NCBI RefSeq assembly: GCF_036697365.1
Contig: NZ_JBAHZA010000002.1
Coordinates: 390,549-454,548, forward strand
Source: Psychromonas arctica
Lineage (GTDB): Bacteria; Pseudomonadota; Gammaproteobacteria; Enterobacterales; Psychromonadaceae
Length of the DNA: 64,000 bases
Reading direction: 5' to 3'
The notes under the pieces were generated by a model, which ran no database searches, had not been told where the DNA came from, and worked only from the letters and a program-made list of their open reading frames with translations. The translations under genes and the position numbers were made by a program. This document shows positions 1-10,917 of this stretch, one piece after another. Position 1 is the stretch's first letter. Every line of letters starts with the position of its first letter.

Positions 1-1239
1 TATCGTTAGCATCAATTGTAATAATAGTAAGTTTTTGATTACTGACAAACTGGATGTAATAAGTGACCTCCACCAAGAGAGTTCTTCTTTTCGCTGTATT
101 GCCTTACCTTTCATAATCCACAGAAAAATCACAATACCGCTCATTGCAGTATAAGAAAGCCATAAACTACTGCTTAGAATCGCTAATGGGTCGAATAGCA
201 ACATCAACCAAAAGCAAAGAAACAGTAAATCAAACAAAGCAATTTTTCGTTTACTAGACAACATAATAATACCTAGTAAAAGCATCAAAAGAGCGCGTTG
301 AGTGGGCAACGAAAAACCCGATATATAACCGTATATAAGGCAGACAATTAACCCCAAAACATTCGCTATTCGCCAAGAAGCCCAACCTAAATAAGCCACT
401 GGTAAGCTTAATTTACAAAAGTAATAAAGGACCATAAATGTAAACACAAATAACAAACCAATATGCAAACCAGAAATAGCAAATAGATGCGCTACACCTA
501 GGCCAGCTATAATTGCTTTGTCCTCGACACTCATTAAACTTTTATCAGCAAAAATTAAAGCAATGATTGCCCCTTGATGCCGCATTGATTCGGTCAGTAT
601 TAATACTTTATTATAAAGAAGTGACCGCATTGACTGTGATGCTTGAACAACAGATAAGTGTTGTTTAATAGAACCAATATAAGCAATATGTTGCGAGTAT
701 CGCCACTTTTGACGGTCGAAACCATCTGGGTTTGCGTTCCCTTGTAATGCCTTTAAGCGCACTTTAAATTGGTGAATTTGACCTGCTTGCACCATTAACG
801 TTGGGCGAAACCAACGCATTTCAATTAAAGGGCAAATAATACAGGCTTGATTATTGAGGGCGATCATACGAGCAACAAAATAACCACTATTTTTTGTATT
901 GATTAATGATTTCACCTGCACTGTTATGGTATTGTCTTGTCCCTTACTATTCTCAGACATAAAACTCATTAAGGATTGATGATTATTACTTAATAAATTA
1001 TCTAGTTGAGTGTTATTATGAGATGTTGTCGGATGGCTAACTCCCGACATAGTGATATAAACAAACAGACTAAAATACACTGCAGTAGCAGGTACAATGG
1101 TTAGATAGCGACACCTTGGCCAGCACATTAAAGTGATAATAATTAAGGCACAACTAAGTAGCCCACTCCCATTTAGTAACTGTGGCCAAAATAGAGTAGT
1201 AATAAAAGTAACAATAGACAGACTTATTGTTATGCGCAT
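1..1239 (-). CDS. comEC: DNA internalization competence protein ComEC/Rec2, N-terminal ~410 aa (partial, runs off window start)
   Basis: Minus-strand ATG at 1239. My translation reads without stops to position 1. It shows the ComEC competence-domain signature (GNANPDGFDRQKW...YIGSI) and the conserved AHLFAISGLHIGL motif. The gene is missing from the ORF track because there is no stop inside the window. Confidence 0.8.
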   Translation of the reverse strand, partial: MRITISLSIVTFITTLFWPQLLNGSGLLSCALIIITLMCWPRCRYLTIVPATAVYFSLFVYITMSGVSHPTTSHNNTQLDNLLSNNHQSLMSFMSENSKGQDNTITVQVKSLINTKNSGYFVARMIALNNQACIICPLIEMRWFRPTLMVQAGQIHQFKVRLKALQGNANPDGFDRQKWRYSQHIAYIGSIKQHLSVVQASQSMRSLLYNKVLILTESMRHQGAIIALIFADKSLMSVEDKAIIAGLGVAHLFAISGLHIGLLFVFTFMVLYYFCKLSLPVAYLGWASWRIANVLGLIVCLIYGYISGFSLPTQRALLMLLLGIIMLSSKRKIALFDLLFLCFWLMLLFDPLAILSSSLWLSYTAMSGIVIFLWIMKGKAIQRKEELSWWRSLITSSLSVIKNLLLLQLMLTI

Positions 1240-1272
1240 TTCTTTCCATTTAAGTAGATAAAGTTTAATTAT

Positions 1273-1791
1273 ATGCCAAAAAAATTTATTAAACGTTTTT
1301 CCCCAAATCCAGAGACGTTAAAGGCTCATCCTCATTTACAACGCTTTGGTTCTAAACTACAAAACCCAAATTTATGGCATTTGAATCGACGTAGTGCTGC
1401 TGGTGCAGTTGCTGTTGGTTTATTTTGTGCTTGGATGCCAATGCCTTTTCAAATGTTACTAGCCGCTTTTTTAGCGATGTTCTTTTCGGTTAATTTACCC
1501 ATATCAGTTGCACTAGTATGGGTATCTAACCCACTTACTATGCCGCCATTATTTTATTGTGCATATCGCCTAGGTGCTTTTATTTTACAAGCGCCACTCC
1601 TAGACTTTCATTTCAAACTTTCTTACCACTGGATAGTTAATGCCATTGAAACAATCGCACCACCGTTATTTGTCGGGTGCCTTATTTTAGGGAGCATCAC
1701 TGCAATATTAGGATACTGGGGCTTTACATTTTTTTGGCGTTACAGCTCAATTCAAAAATGGAAAAAGCGTAAGTCTTACAAGAAACATTAA
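1273..1791 (+). CDS. DUF2062 family membrane protein
   Basis: 172 aa. Basic N-terminus followed by hydrophobic helices (AVAVGLFCAWMPMPFQMLLAAFLAMFF). Arranged divergently to comEC, as seen for DUF2062 genes. Confidence 0.55.
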   Translation: MPKKFIKRFSPNPETLKAHPHLQRFGSKLQNPNLWHLNRRSAAGAVAVGLFCAWMPMPFQMLLAAFLAMFFSVNLPISVALVWVSNPLTMPPLFYCAYRLGAFILQAPLLDFHFKLSYHWIVNAIETIAPPLFVGCLILGSITAILGYWGFTFFWRYSSIQKWKKRKSYKKH

Positions 1792-1897
1792 GATAAAAAA
1801 TAAATAATTCGAGTTTATATAGAATTTACTTTATTCTATTGCGTTTAATAACAACTCTACTCTTTGTCAGTATATTAATTTAGAATATGGATATTGC

Positions 1898-2512
1898 ATG
1901 AAAACACATCAAAAAGTAATTTCAACATTACTATTAACGGCTTTGTCATCTCCTGTGTTCGCAGAACGTTTAGTTGAACCAGAATCAGCATATGATAATG
2001 ATTACATCAGTGTCACTGGATTCTTGGGTTCTCGAATTGACCTTGATTATGATGATGGAACTGATATTAATGACCCAGAGAGCGGTCTACGTTTTGCACA
2101 AGCGATTGCGCTAAATTGGAGTTACAAAGAAAACTCAGAAGGAGAATTAATTTTCTCTAATAGCGTTCGTTCATCTGGTGATATTGATATTTACTTACAA
2201 TACTTGCACTTTGGTGGTCGTATCTTATTCCAAGACACTTCCCCTTTCTCGACAAGTATTGCCCTAGGTGTTGGTGGTACACATATTTTGCCAGATAGCG
2301 ATGATTACAGCTCAGCTTATGCTTTTTCTGCAAGTGCAGCTGTAGGTATGCGTTACCAATTAAATCAGCACTTTGCACTTCGTAGTGACTTAAGAGTTTA
2401 TGGGACACTATTGCGTGAAGGACATACAGAATCTTTTTGTAGTGGTACAGATTGTGCAGATGGCTATCTAATTGAAGCAGAATTATTAGCAGGTATTGAA
2501 TACAAGTTCTAG
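1898..2512 (+). CDS. outer membrane beta-barrel protein (OmpW/OmpA-like small porin family)
   Basis: Signal peptide MKTHQKVISTLLLTALSSPVFA. The body has alternating aromatic and polar residues. The C-terminal YKF with a terminal Phe is typical of OMP barrels. Confidence 0.5.
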   Translation: MKTHQKVISTLLLTALSSPVFAERLVEPESAYDNDYISVTGFLGSRIDLDYDDGTDINDPESGLRFAQAIALNWSYKENSEGELIFSNSVRSSGDIDIYLQYLHFGGRILFQDTSPFSTSIALGVGGTHILPDSDDYSSAYAFSASAAVGMRYQLNQHFALRSDLRVYGTLLREGHTESFCSGTDCADGYLIEAELLAGIEYKF

Positions 2513-2542
2513 AACTTCTTCTGTTTTTAATGTTCGAATAAC

Positions 2543-2580
2543 AAAAGGCCAATTAGTGAGACTAATTGGCCTTTTTTATT
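2543..2580. terminator. bidirectional rho-independent terminator between the OMP gene and pepN
   Basis: Hairpin ggccaattagt-gag-actaattggcc (2547-2571) flanked by an A-run on the left and a T-run on the right (cttttttatt). Confidence 0.7.
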
Positions 2581-2582
2581 AT

Positions 2583-5228
2583 CTACTGTACCAGTGCTTT
2601 TGTAACTTTCTCATACAGATCGACAGCCAAATTAGGCAATGCTAATAATCTATTGAGTTGCACTTTAATCAGTTCTACACGCTTTTCATCTAAACGTTTG
2701 AATTGAATTAGTGGTGTAATTAAACGAGATGCGACTTGCGGATTTTGACTGTTCAACTTAATTAATTGATCAGTTAAGAATGCATACCCACTGCCATCAA
2801 TATTATGAAAACGGTAAGTATTATTCTGTGCAAATGCACCAACTAAAGAACGTAGACGGTTTGGATTACTAAAATCAAAGCTACGGTGATTAAACAATGC
2901 TTCAATATTTTGCAATACATTATCAGACGGCATACTTGCTTGTAAGGCGAACCATTTATCCATTACTAAGCCTGTTTCAAACCACTTATCATCAAACGCT
3001 TGCATCACAGATGCTCGGCAATCTAACAAACCACTATTAGCAGCGTTCAGTGCACCAAGGTAATCAGTCATGTTATTACATGCGTCAATTTGTGCTAAAA
3101 CGTATTCATTTGCTAATTTTTTATCTACACGAGCAATGAATGCCAGTGCACTATTTTTTAATTTACGTTTAGCAATATCTTCAATATCAGGTTGATACGC
3201 TTTTAATTCGTTATGATGTAGATAAGTATCTACAAATAACTCATGCAATTGCGTTGCAATCTCTTGCAGCATAAAGTCACGCGCTGTGTGTATTGCATCA
3301 ATATCCACTACATCAAATAACTCACGAGCACCATTTTCACTAGTGAAAGCAAACATATCAGCTACTAATGAAGGATCTAAATCTTCACTAACCAAGACCG
3401 ATTTAAAACCATCGATAAATATTTCAGGTAACGATAACATTTCTACATTCTGCAATGCTTTAACGTTTTTCACTAAATATTTGTTGAATAGGGTTTGTCC
3501 TGCATCCCAACGAGAAAATTCATCACTAGCGAAACTCATGATATCTAATAATTGCTCATCACTGTAAGCATATTGATATTTAACAGGCGCTGAAAAACCA
3601 CGGAATAAACATGGAACAGGTTTAGTTAATACATTCTTGAATACAAAAGTTTGTTCAGTATGAGTGAGACTTAATACACGGTTAGTTTTTCCCGGTAATA
3701 ATTCAATCGCGTTACCATTGCTGTCCAGCAACTCAATATCAACAGGGATATGCAACGGCAATTTTTTCTTTTGATCAGCAGTCGGTAAAGTCTTCTGTTT
3801 GAAAGTGATTTGGTAAGTTTGATTACTGCTATTGTAATGGTCCGTCACATAAACGTGCGGTGTACCCGATTGCGAATACCAACGTTTAAATAACGACAAA
3901 TCAATACCACTAGCATCTTGCATTGCCGCGACAAAGTCATCACAGGTTACAGCTTGTCCATCAAAACGTTGTACATAAAGTTGCATACCTTGTTGGAACT
4001 TCTCTTCCCCTAATAACGTATGCATCATTCGAATCACTTCAGATCCTTTTTCGTATACCGTTAATGTGTAGAAGTTATTCATTTCCATCACACTTTCTGG
4101 ACGAATTGGATGCGACATAGGACCAGCATCTTCAGCAAACTGATGATCACGCATAGTCATAACATTGGCAATACGATTAACACTACGACTGCCTAGATCA
4201 GAACTGAACTCTTGATCTCGAAATACGGTTAACCCTTCCTTCAAGCTTAACTGAAACCAATCTCGACAAGTAATACGATTACCCGTCCAGTTATGGAAAT
4301 ACTCATGGCCAATCACAGCTTCGATACCTAAATAATCTTGATCCGTTGCACTTTGCGAATTAGCTAATACAAATTTAGAGTTAAATACGTTTAAGCCTTT
4401 ATTTTCCATGGCGCCCATGTTGAAGAAGTCAACGGCAACAATCATGTAGATATCAAGATCGTATTCTAAATTAAAACGTTGTTCATCCCACTGCATTGAT
4501 TTTTTCAGTGATACCATCGCATGTTGAGTTTTATCTAAGTTACCTTTATCAACAAATAGAGCGAGTTTTACATCACGCCCACTTTTGGTTACAAAATTAT
4601 CTTCTAAACAATCAAAGTCTCCTGCCACTAGAGCAAATAAATAAGCAGGTTTAGGGAATGGGTCAACCCATGAAACAAAATGACGACCATTTTCTAAATC
4701 GCCTTGATCAACTTGGTTACCGTTTGATAGTAAATATGGATATAAGGCCTTATCGGCAATCACTTTAGTACTGAATTTTGCTAATATATCAGGACGATCT
4801 AAATAGTAAGTAATACGTCGGAAGCCTTCTGCTTCACACTGTGTACAAAACGCATCACCAGATTTATATAAACCTTCAAAGGCTTGATTCGCTACAGGGT
4901 CAATTTCAGTATTAATTTCTAAAGTAAACGAGGCAGGCAATTGGTTAATAACAATGCCATCTTCAACTAATTGATAATCGGAGTATGCAACGCCATCAAC
5001 CAAAATAGAAATTAAGGTTAATGATTCACCGAATAGAAACAATGGTGTTACTTCTGTGTTAACACGCTTGACTTGGCTTACTGCTTTTACTTTTGTTTGG
5101 CTATCAAACAGATCAAACTCAAGGTCAATCGTGGAGATAGTGTAATCTGATGGACGGTAATCGCTAAGGTGCTTTTCTTGCGGATTTCTTTCAATAACTT
5201 CTTCTACGAGAGAGTCAGACTGGCTCAT
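2583..5228 (-). CDS. pepN: aminopeptidase N (M1 family zinc metallopeptidase)
   Basis: 881 aa. GAMEN motif (FNMGAMENKGLN) and HEYFHNWTGNRIT...EG zinc-binding HExxH-E motif. The length matches PepN. Confidence 0.95.
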   Translation of the reverse strand: MSQSDSLVEEVIERNPQEKHLSDYRPSDYTISTIDLEFDLFDSQTKVKAVSQVKRVNTEVTPLFLFGESLTLISILVDGVAYSDYQLVEDGIVINQLPASFTLEINTEIDPVANQAFEGLYKSGDAFCTQCEAEGFRRITYYLDRPDILAKFSTKVIADKALYPYLLSNGNQVDQGDLENGRHFVSWVDPFPKPAYLFALVAGDFDCLEDNFVTKSGRDVKLALFVDKGNLDKTQHAMVSLKKSMQWDEQRFNLEYDLDIYMIVAVDFFNMGAMENKGLNVFNSKFVLANSQSATDQDYLGIEAVIGHEYFHNWTGNRITCRDWFQLSLKEGLTVFRDQEFSSDLGSRSVNRIANVMTMRDHQFAEDAGPMSHPIRPESVMEMNNFYTLTVYEKGSEVIRMMHTLLGEEKFQQGMQLYVQRFDGQAVTCDDFVAAMQDASGIDLSLFKRWYSQSGTPHVYVTDHYNSSNQTYQITFKQKTLPTADQKKKLPLHIPVDIELLDSNGNAIELLPGKTNRVLSLTHTEQTFVFKNVLTKPVPCLFRGFSAPVKYQYAYSDEQLLDIMSFASDEFSRWDAGQTLFNKYLVKNVKALQNVEMLSLPEIFIDGFKSVLVSEDLDPSLVADMFAFTSENGARELFDVVDIDAIHTARDFMLQEIATQLHELFVDTYLHHNELKAYQPDIEDIAKRKLKNSALAFIARVDKKLANEYVLAQIDACNNMTDYLGALNAANSGLLDCRASVMQAFDDKWFETGLVMDKWFALQASMPSDNVLQNIEALFNHRSFDFSNPNRLRSLVGAFAQNNTYRFHNIDGSGYAFLTDQLIKLNSQNPQVASRLITPLIQFKRLDEKRVELIKVQLNRLLALPNLAVDLYEKVTKALVQ

Positions 5229-5603
5229 TTTTATACACTCTTAAATCAGGGAAATTAATATGGTTAATATACAAGAAGGCGACTTATTTACTAAGCCTTA
5301 TTTGTATTTCAATAACATTCACACTTAATAAATTATCAATTTGACGATTTAACACTTATCCGTCTTAATCATTCGCATAAAGGCAATAAGCCTTTCATAA
5401 CTCATTAAGTGAGAATACAGCATTATTTACGATGTAAAACTTTAACAACTTATTGAATGTGATGTGTAACCATGACATTTACGTTTTATTTTTATTTTTA
5501 TTAAAAATCAATCTTAACCAGGTAAAACATTGACTATTTTACTGTGCACGGTGGCAATACGGATAACATCAATCAAGGCTGTTTGTTTGTATCAGACTTA
5601 CAC

Positions 5604-8306
5604 TCATTTTGTAAGTTCCATATGCATATTAATAATCCCCTCCTCAATATCACGCTCTATTTTAAAACCGAGTTTTTTGGCTAATTTAGCCATACCAATA
5701 TTACTTAACATGGTCATTGCAACTAACTGACGAGTGCCTTTTGATTGTTGATAAGCAACCATCTTATTTAACAATAATGACCCCATACCTAAACCTTGCA
5801 ATTCTCGACTTACTATCATGCCAAATTCGGCTTCGAGATTATCTGGATCAGTAGACGCCCGAATGACAGCAACAATATCTTGTTCTTCTTCATTATTGTA
5901 ATTAACCGCAATAAAAGCCATCTCTCTTTCGTAATCAATTTGTGTCAACATTGCCATTTCTTCATGGGTCATTGATCCACGTTGAGAAAAATAACGTTTA
6001 TAACGATCTTCTTTAGTTTGGCTATTATCAAAAAGTTGGTGGCGAACTTCATCTTCCGCAGTAATGGGTCTTAATAAAACGGTTTGTCCATTTTTTAAGT
6101 GAATAATTTCTTCAAGGTGTTTAGGGTAAGGACTAATTGCAAAACGACAGGGCAAGTTCTCTTCACTTTTTACTAATGTTATTTGACTATCTACTATCGT
6201 CACCTTACTACCTGTCACTAATACAGGATTTAAATCTAAATCTTCTATTTGTGGATTATCCAATAACATTTGTGATAACTGGGTAAGCATCAAGCAAACA
6301 GCCTGCATATCAAAGTCTTGTACTTGTTGTTTCACTTTTATCTTTTTGTCTTTAATACCTTGAATCACCAGATATCTCGCCAACGCCATATTTAAAGGCG
6401 GTAGAGCAACAACAGCATTCTCTAATGTTGTTTGTAAGTCTCTAGTGTCGCTATCTTGAGAAATAGCAATAACAGGCCCAAAAATAGCATCCTGTTTAAT
6501 CATCACTCGTAACTCCAATGCCAAACCAGATGCCACCATTTTTTGCAACGTAAACCCTGTTAATTGAGCATCTGGTAACGCTTTTTTTACACGCTCTGTT
6601 ATCGACCTTAATGCAGAATCCAGTTCGCGGGCATTATTGATATTTAACATCACCCCATGTACTTGTGATTTAAACTGAATGTCAGGCGAATTAATTTTAA
6701 CTGCTAACGGATAACCGATTATCTTCGCTTTTTCGATTGCATCAGTAATATCTAATGCGATATGCGTGTCTATAGTATTAAGGTGATAAGCATCAAACAA
6801 TGGTTTGGTACAATAAGTGCTCAGTTTAACAGGCAGACCGTCATCACCTTGGGTTCGTTCAATGATTACTTCTTTAATAAAGTTAGTTGCCGCTTTAGCG
6901 TCGTAAATAATATGATCTGGGACGCTAATTGGGGTTTCCATTAATAGTTTTTTGTTGCGTCGGTACTGTACCAAATGCATAAATGCGGTACTCGCCCCTG
7001 TAGGAGTTCTAAAAGTTGGGATTTTAGCGTTTGCAAAAATTTGTCGTGCCGGTCTTGCAGCGGCCTCTCCAGTCCAGTTAGTTAATATGTTGATTTGTTT
7101 ACGCCTTGGGTGCTTTTGAATTGCCTCGACGATGGCTAATGCAGTCTCTTCGCTGTTTGATAGTGCAGAAGGTGAATGGATAATTAAAATTGCATCGACC
7201 TGGTCACTATCCATTAGATGATTTAATGCAGTGGCATAACGTGTTGGATCTGCATCTCCGATCATATCAATGGGATTATTATGTGACCAATTATCAGGTA
7301 AACAGGCATTAAGCTTGTCCATTAAAGGTGCATCTAGCTCTGCTAAACGCCCTCCTTCTTCCATTAAATTATCAACAGCGAGTATGCCTAAACCACCACC
7401 ATTACTCACAATGGCTAATCGCTCGCCATGCAATGCTCTGGAATAAGCTAAGGTTTCTACAGCTGCAAATAATTCATGTAAATCATGCACTCTTAACAAA
7501 CCAGCTCGTTTAATTGCCGCATCATAAACGCTATCATGACCAAATAAGCCCTTGCTGTGTAAAGCTGCTGCTTTGGCACCTAATAAAGAACTGCCAGACT
7601 TTATTACCAATACCGTTTTATGTTGTGCAATAGCGCGTGCTGCTGAGACAAAAGCACGTGCATTATCAATATTATCGATATACAACAAGATAGACTGTGT
7701 TTTTGTATCACGAGCAAGGTAATCTAATACCTCAGCAAAACCAATATCTTGCGCATCACCTAATGAAATAAAAGCAGAGAAGCCGATGCCTTTACTACTT
7801 GCCCAATCCAACACAGTCGTACACACTGCTGCTGACTGTGAAACAAAAGCAATATTACCCGGTAACGCATTGCAATGGGCCAAGCTTGCATTCAACAAAC
7901 AATGCGGGTTAATAATCCCTAAACTACTCATACCTAATAAACGAATACGATGCTGAGCTGCTAATCGGTATATCTCACTTGATGTACTCGCTTGGTCTTC
8001 GGTAGCAACAATAATGGCAGACTGGCAACCTTTATTCGCTAATGCAAGAAGGATATCTGGTATACGAACCTCGTTCGTACAGATCACCGCTAAGTCAGGA
8101 ACAATCGGTAAATCAGGTATTTGTTGATAAGCCAAGACCCCGTGCACCGACCGATATTTTGGAGTAACCGGCATAATAGGTCCATTAAAACCAGCCGCTA
8201 ACAAGTTATTCATAACTAAATAACCTGCACGCTTAATATTGACCGATGCGCCAATAACAGCAACAGACTTAGGATTAAAGAAGTGTTTAAGTGATTGTAA
8301 GCTCAT
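5604..8306 (-). CDS. pat: protein lysine acetyltransferase Pat/YfiQ (ADP-forming acyl-CoA synthetase-like domains + C-terminal GNAT)
   Basis: 900 aa. N-terminus KSVAVIGASVNIKRAGYLVMNNLLAAGFNGPIMPVTPKY is a CoA-binding/NDP-forming acyl-CoA synthetase fold. The C-terminal ~150 aa is a GNAT domain (RELQGLGMGSLLLNKMVAY). Confidence 0.85.
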   Translation of the reverse strand: MSLQSLKHFFNPKSVAVIGASVNIKRAGYLVMNNLLAAGFNGPIMPVTPKYRSVHGVLAYQQIPDLPIVPDLAVICTNEVRIPDILLALANKGCQSAIIVATEDQASTSSEIYRLAAQHRIRLLGMSSLGIINPHCLLNASLAHCNALPGNIAFVSQSAAVCTTVLDWASSKGIGFSAFISLGDAQDIGFAEVLDYLARDTKTQSILLYIDNIDNARAFVSAARAIAQHKTVLVIKSGSSLLGAKAAALHSKGLFGHDSVYDAAIKRAGLLRVHDLHELFAAVETLAYSRALHGERLAIVSNGGGLGILAVDNLMEEGGRLAELDAPLMDKLNACLPDNWSHNNPIDMIGDADPTRYATALNHLMDSDQVDAILIIHSPSALSNSEETALAIVEAIQKHPRRKQINILTNWTGEAAARPARQIFANAKIPTFRTPTGASTAFMHLVQYRRNKKLLMETPISVPDHIIYDAKAATNFIKEVIIERTQGDDGLPVKLSTYCTKPLFDAYHLNTIDTHIALDITDAIEKAKIIGYPLAVKINSPDIQFKSQVHGVMLNINNARELDSALRSITERVKKALPDAQLTGFTLQKMVASGLALELRVMIKQDAIFGPVIAISQDSDTRDLQTTLENAVVALPPLNMALARYLVIQGIKDKKIKVKQQVQDFDMQAVCLMLTQLSQMLLDNPQIEDLDLNPVLVTGSKVTIVDSQITLVKSEENLPCRFAISPYPKHLEEIIHLKNGQTVLLRPITAEDEVRHQLFDNSQTKEDRYKRYFSQRGSMTHEEMAMLTQIDYEREMAFIAVNYNNEEEQDIVAVIRASTDPDNLEAEFGMIVSRELQGLGMGSLLLNKMVAYQQSKGTRQLVAMTMLSNIGMAKLAKKLGFKIERDIEEGIINMHMELTK

Positions 8307-8557
8307 AACTACCTTATCTAGTACTGTTAGTACAAATATGAAGAGGTAATAGTTTACCTATTCAAATAGAAGTTGCTGTATTTTTTAAATAAAGTAAGAG
8401 CCTTATCATCTATTTTCTGTTGTATTCTCGTTAATTTATTCTTACTCCAACTCACTCTTTTACAAAGCACTTCACCCATTAAAAAATAAGTCTATTAATT
8501 ATAATTTCACACTCAGACAAATAACTCAGCTATTTTGCACTTAAAGTAAGAATTCAA

Positions 8558-9964
8558 TTGCACCCTATTGCTGGTCATCATACACTCGCTATTTTTGCCT
8601 TGTCGGAGTCAGTTGTGCCATTTATCGTTGAATCTAAAAAAATCATCAAACTAAGCTTACCATTATTTATTGCGCAGTTTGCGCAAACTGCAATGGGCTT
8701 TGTTGATACGGTAATGGCCGGTGGTGTGAGCGCAACAGATATGGCAGCGGTTGCCATTGCAGCGAGTATTTGGTTACCTTGTATTCTATTTGGTGTCGGT
8801 GTACTGATGGCTTTGATCCCGCTAACGGCACAAGCACATGGTGCGAATGATTTAGACAATATTCCTAAAACAGGCCAACAAGGTTTATACCTATCATTAT
8901 TGTTATGCATCCCGGTTGCCATTGTATTATTTAACGCAAGCTCTCTGATGGTTTTGATGGAAATAGAAGACCGCTTAGCTGAAATAACAACGCATTATTT
9001 ATATGCAATGATTTTTGCCATTCCAGCATTTTTAATATTCCAAGCATTACGCAATTATATTGAAGGGTTATCGTTAACCAAGCCTGCAATGGTAATTGGA
9101 TTTTTAGGTTTATTACTAAATATCCCATTGAATTGGATGTTCGTATATGGAGAATGGGGAGCACCAGCCTTAGGCGGTGTAGGTTGTGGTGTTGCTACAG
9201 CGATTGTGTATTGGTTTATGTGTGCTGCACTAGCAGCTTACGTTTATTACACACGAAAGTTAAAAAACTACCCATTATTCACGAAATTTACTAAGCCTGA
9301 TTACAAACATATATATCACATTGCGAAATTAGGCTTACCGGTTGCTGTTGCCCTATTTTTTGAAGTAACCATCTTCGCTGCGATAGCAATACTTGTTGCT
9401 CCATTGGGAGCAAATGTAGTGGCCTCACATCAAATCGCCATTAACTTTTCGAGCATGATCTTTATGTTACCAATGAGTATCGCTAATGCAGTGAGTATTC
9501 GAGTGGGCTATAACTTAGGCAAACAAAGTAACAATGGTGCAAAGCAAGCAAGCTATGCAGGCCTTTCGATTGGCTTAGGATTATCAGTGATTACTGCTGC
9601 ACTAAGCATTATATTCAAACAGCAAATAGCAGAGCTCTACTCTAATAATATAGAGGTTATTGAGCTAGCCATAACGCTAATTTTATTATCGGCAATATAC
9701 CAATGTGTAGATGCGATTCAAGTAGTGGCAGCAGGTGCATTACGTGGTTATAAAGAGATGTCTGCAATATTTATTCGTACGTTCATTTCATACTGGATAG
9801 TTGGTTTACCGTTAGGCTACATTTTAGGAATGACCGACTGGTTAACAGAGCCAATGGGAGCGATTGGTTTTTGGATAGGTATCACAGTTGGATTAACAAC
9901 TGCCGCTATATTACTAGGTCAACGCCTTCATCATATTCAAAATAACCAATTTTCCGTTCACTAA
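8558..9964 (+). CDS. norM: MATE family multidrug efflux pump NorM
   Basis: 468 aa with 12 predicted TM helices. The N-terminal region LSLPLFIAQFAQTAMGFVDTVMAGGVSATDMAAVAIAASIWLP matches the NorM/MdtK signature. The true start may be the in-frame GTG at 8615. Confidence 0.85.
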   Translation: MHPIAGHHTLAIFALSESVVPFIVESKKIIKLSLPLFIAQFAQTAMGFVDTVMAGGVSATDMAAVAIAASIWLPCILFGVGVLMALIPLTAQAHGANDLDNIPKTGQQGLYLSLLLCIPVAIVLFNASSLMVLMEIEDRLAEITTHYLYAMIFAIPAFLIFQALRNYIEGLSLTKPAMVIGFLGLLLNIPLNWMFVYGEWGAPALGGVGCGVATAIVYWFMCAALAAYVYYTRKLKNYPLFTKFTKPDYKHIYHIAKLGLPVAVALFFEVTIFAAIAILVAPLGANVVASHQIAINFSSMIFMLPMSIANAVSIRVGYNLGKQSNNGAKQASYAGLSIGLGLSVITAALSIIFKQQIAELYSNNIEVIELAITLILLSAIYQCVDAIQVVAAGALRGYKEMSAIFIRTFISYWIVGLPLGYILGMTDWLTEPMGAIGFWIGITVGLTTAAILLGQRLHHIQNNQFSVH

Positions 9965-9973
9965 ATTGATTCT

Positions 9974-10000
9974 GCGAACAGCTACCTCAGAGCTGTTCGC
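9974..10000. terminator. hairpin between convergent norM and a membrane-protein gene (putative terminator, no strong U-run)
   Basis: gcgaacagct-acctcag-agctgttcgc forms a perfect 10-bp stem. Confidence 0.4.
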
Positions 10001-10001
10001 A

Positions 10002-10850
10002 TTACCTAAAACGATAACCTAAAACAAATAAATACCCTATTACCAATGGTAATAAAAGTAAACTAGCTAATACAATACCAATCAGATAAAACACAGAAGC
10101 GATATTAAGCATTGTACCTAGCTGAGCAAACCATGGCAGTTGAAGAAATTGGTTGCTGAGCATTAACAAGATACACAGTAATACAAAGACCAACAGTCCC
10201 CCACTAATTCCCTTTAAGTCCTCAGCAGAAGGTGATAAATGTAAGCTAATCGCTGCACAACAGTAACCCCAAACAATCACTTTAATAGGTTCATTAATAT
10301 ATGCCTGTTCGATGACCTCTAGCACTGCGCTTGTTAATTTGTGTGAGTTTTCGTATTGTAACTTGCTTATACCATCAGAAAGCCCACTTTGTAATAATAA
10401 AAATAACTCACCAGCATTATCTAACAAGCACCAACTAACTATATACAGGCTTAATAAACCACCAAATAAAGGAGCAATACCGATAAAGAAGTTACCCATT
10501 ATTTGCCATAAATTTCGATTATTATATGAATGAGTCACGTAACCTAATGTGCCCTTTTGATCAGGACTAAACAGTAAAATTCGCCTAATTTTATGCCCAA
10601 AAACAAGGCAAAAAAATGCATGACTTAATTCATGTATTGGAGTTCCTATCCAAGCACTAATATAAATTACTTTACCGCCAAACAAACGTAGACTTAATGC
10701 AAACACTAAACGTTGTAGAATAAATAAGATCACTATTAAAATAAAAAATAGGCTTACCGCATTTATAGCCATTACAATTTGTGAGAGAAGTTTATCAATA
10801 CTTATATCTCCAACAGCAGGTAAAGAAGCAATAGTTCGTTGTAAATCCAC
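10002..10850 (-). CDS. integral membrane protein with HExxH motif (putative membrane-embedded zinc metallopeptidase, DUF3267/M50-like)
   Basis: 282 aa with multiple TM segments. The HELSHAFFCLVFGH motif lies within or adjacent to a membrane segment. Confidence 0.4.
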   Translation of the reverse strand: MDLQRTIASLPAVGDISIDKLLSQIVMAINAVSLFFILIVILFILQRLVFALSLRLFGGKVIYISAWIGTPIHELSHAFFCLVFGHKIRRILLFSPDQKGTLGYVTHSYNNRNLWQIMGNFFIGIAPLFGGLLSLYIVSWCLLDNAGELFLLLQSGLSDGISKLQYENSHKLTSAVLEVIEQAYINEPIKVIVWGYCCAAISLHLSPSAEDLKGISGGLLVFVLLCILLMLSNQFLQLPWFAQLGTMLNIASVFYLIGIVLASLLLLPLVIGYLFVLGYRFR

Positions 10851-10917
10851 AGTTTTCTCTTTAGATGTAATAAGGCAATATTGTAAGGAAGCTTTTTTTA
10901 AAATACGTTTTATTTAC

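Noticed and set aside
5530-5730. 66-aa plus-strand ORF in the pat/pepN intergenic region
   Set aside because: It overlaps the 3' end of pat on the opposite strand, is hydrophobic low-complexity, and has no RBS. It is more likely promoter DNA for pepN.
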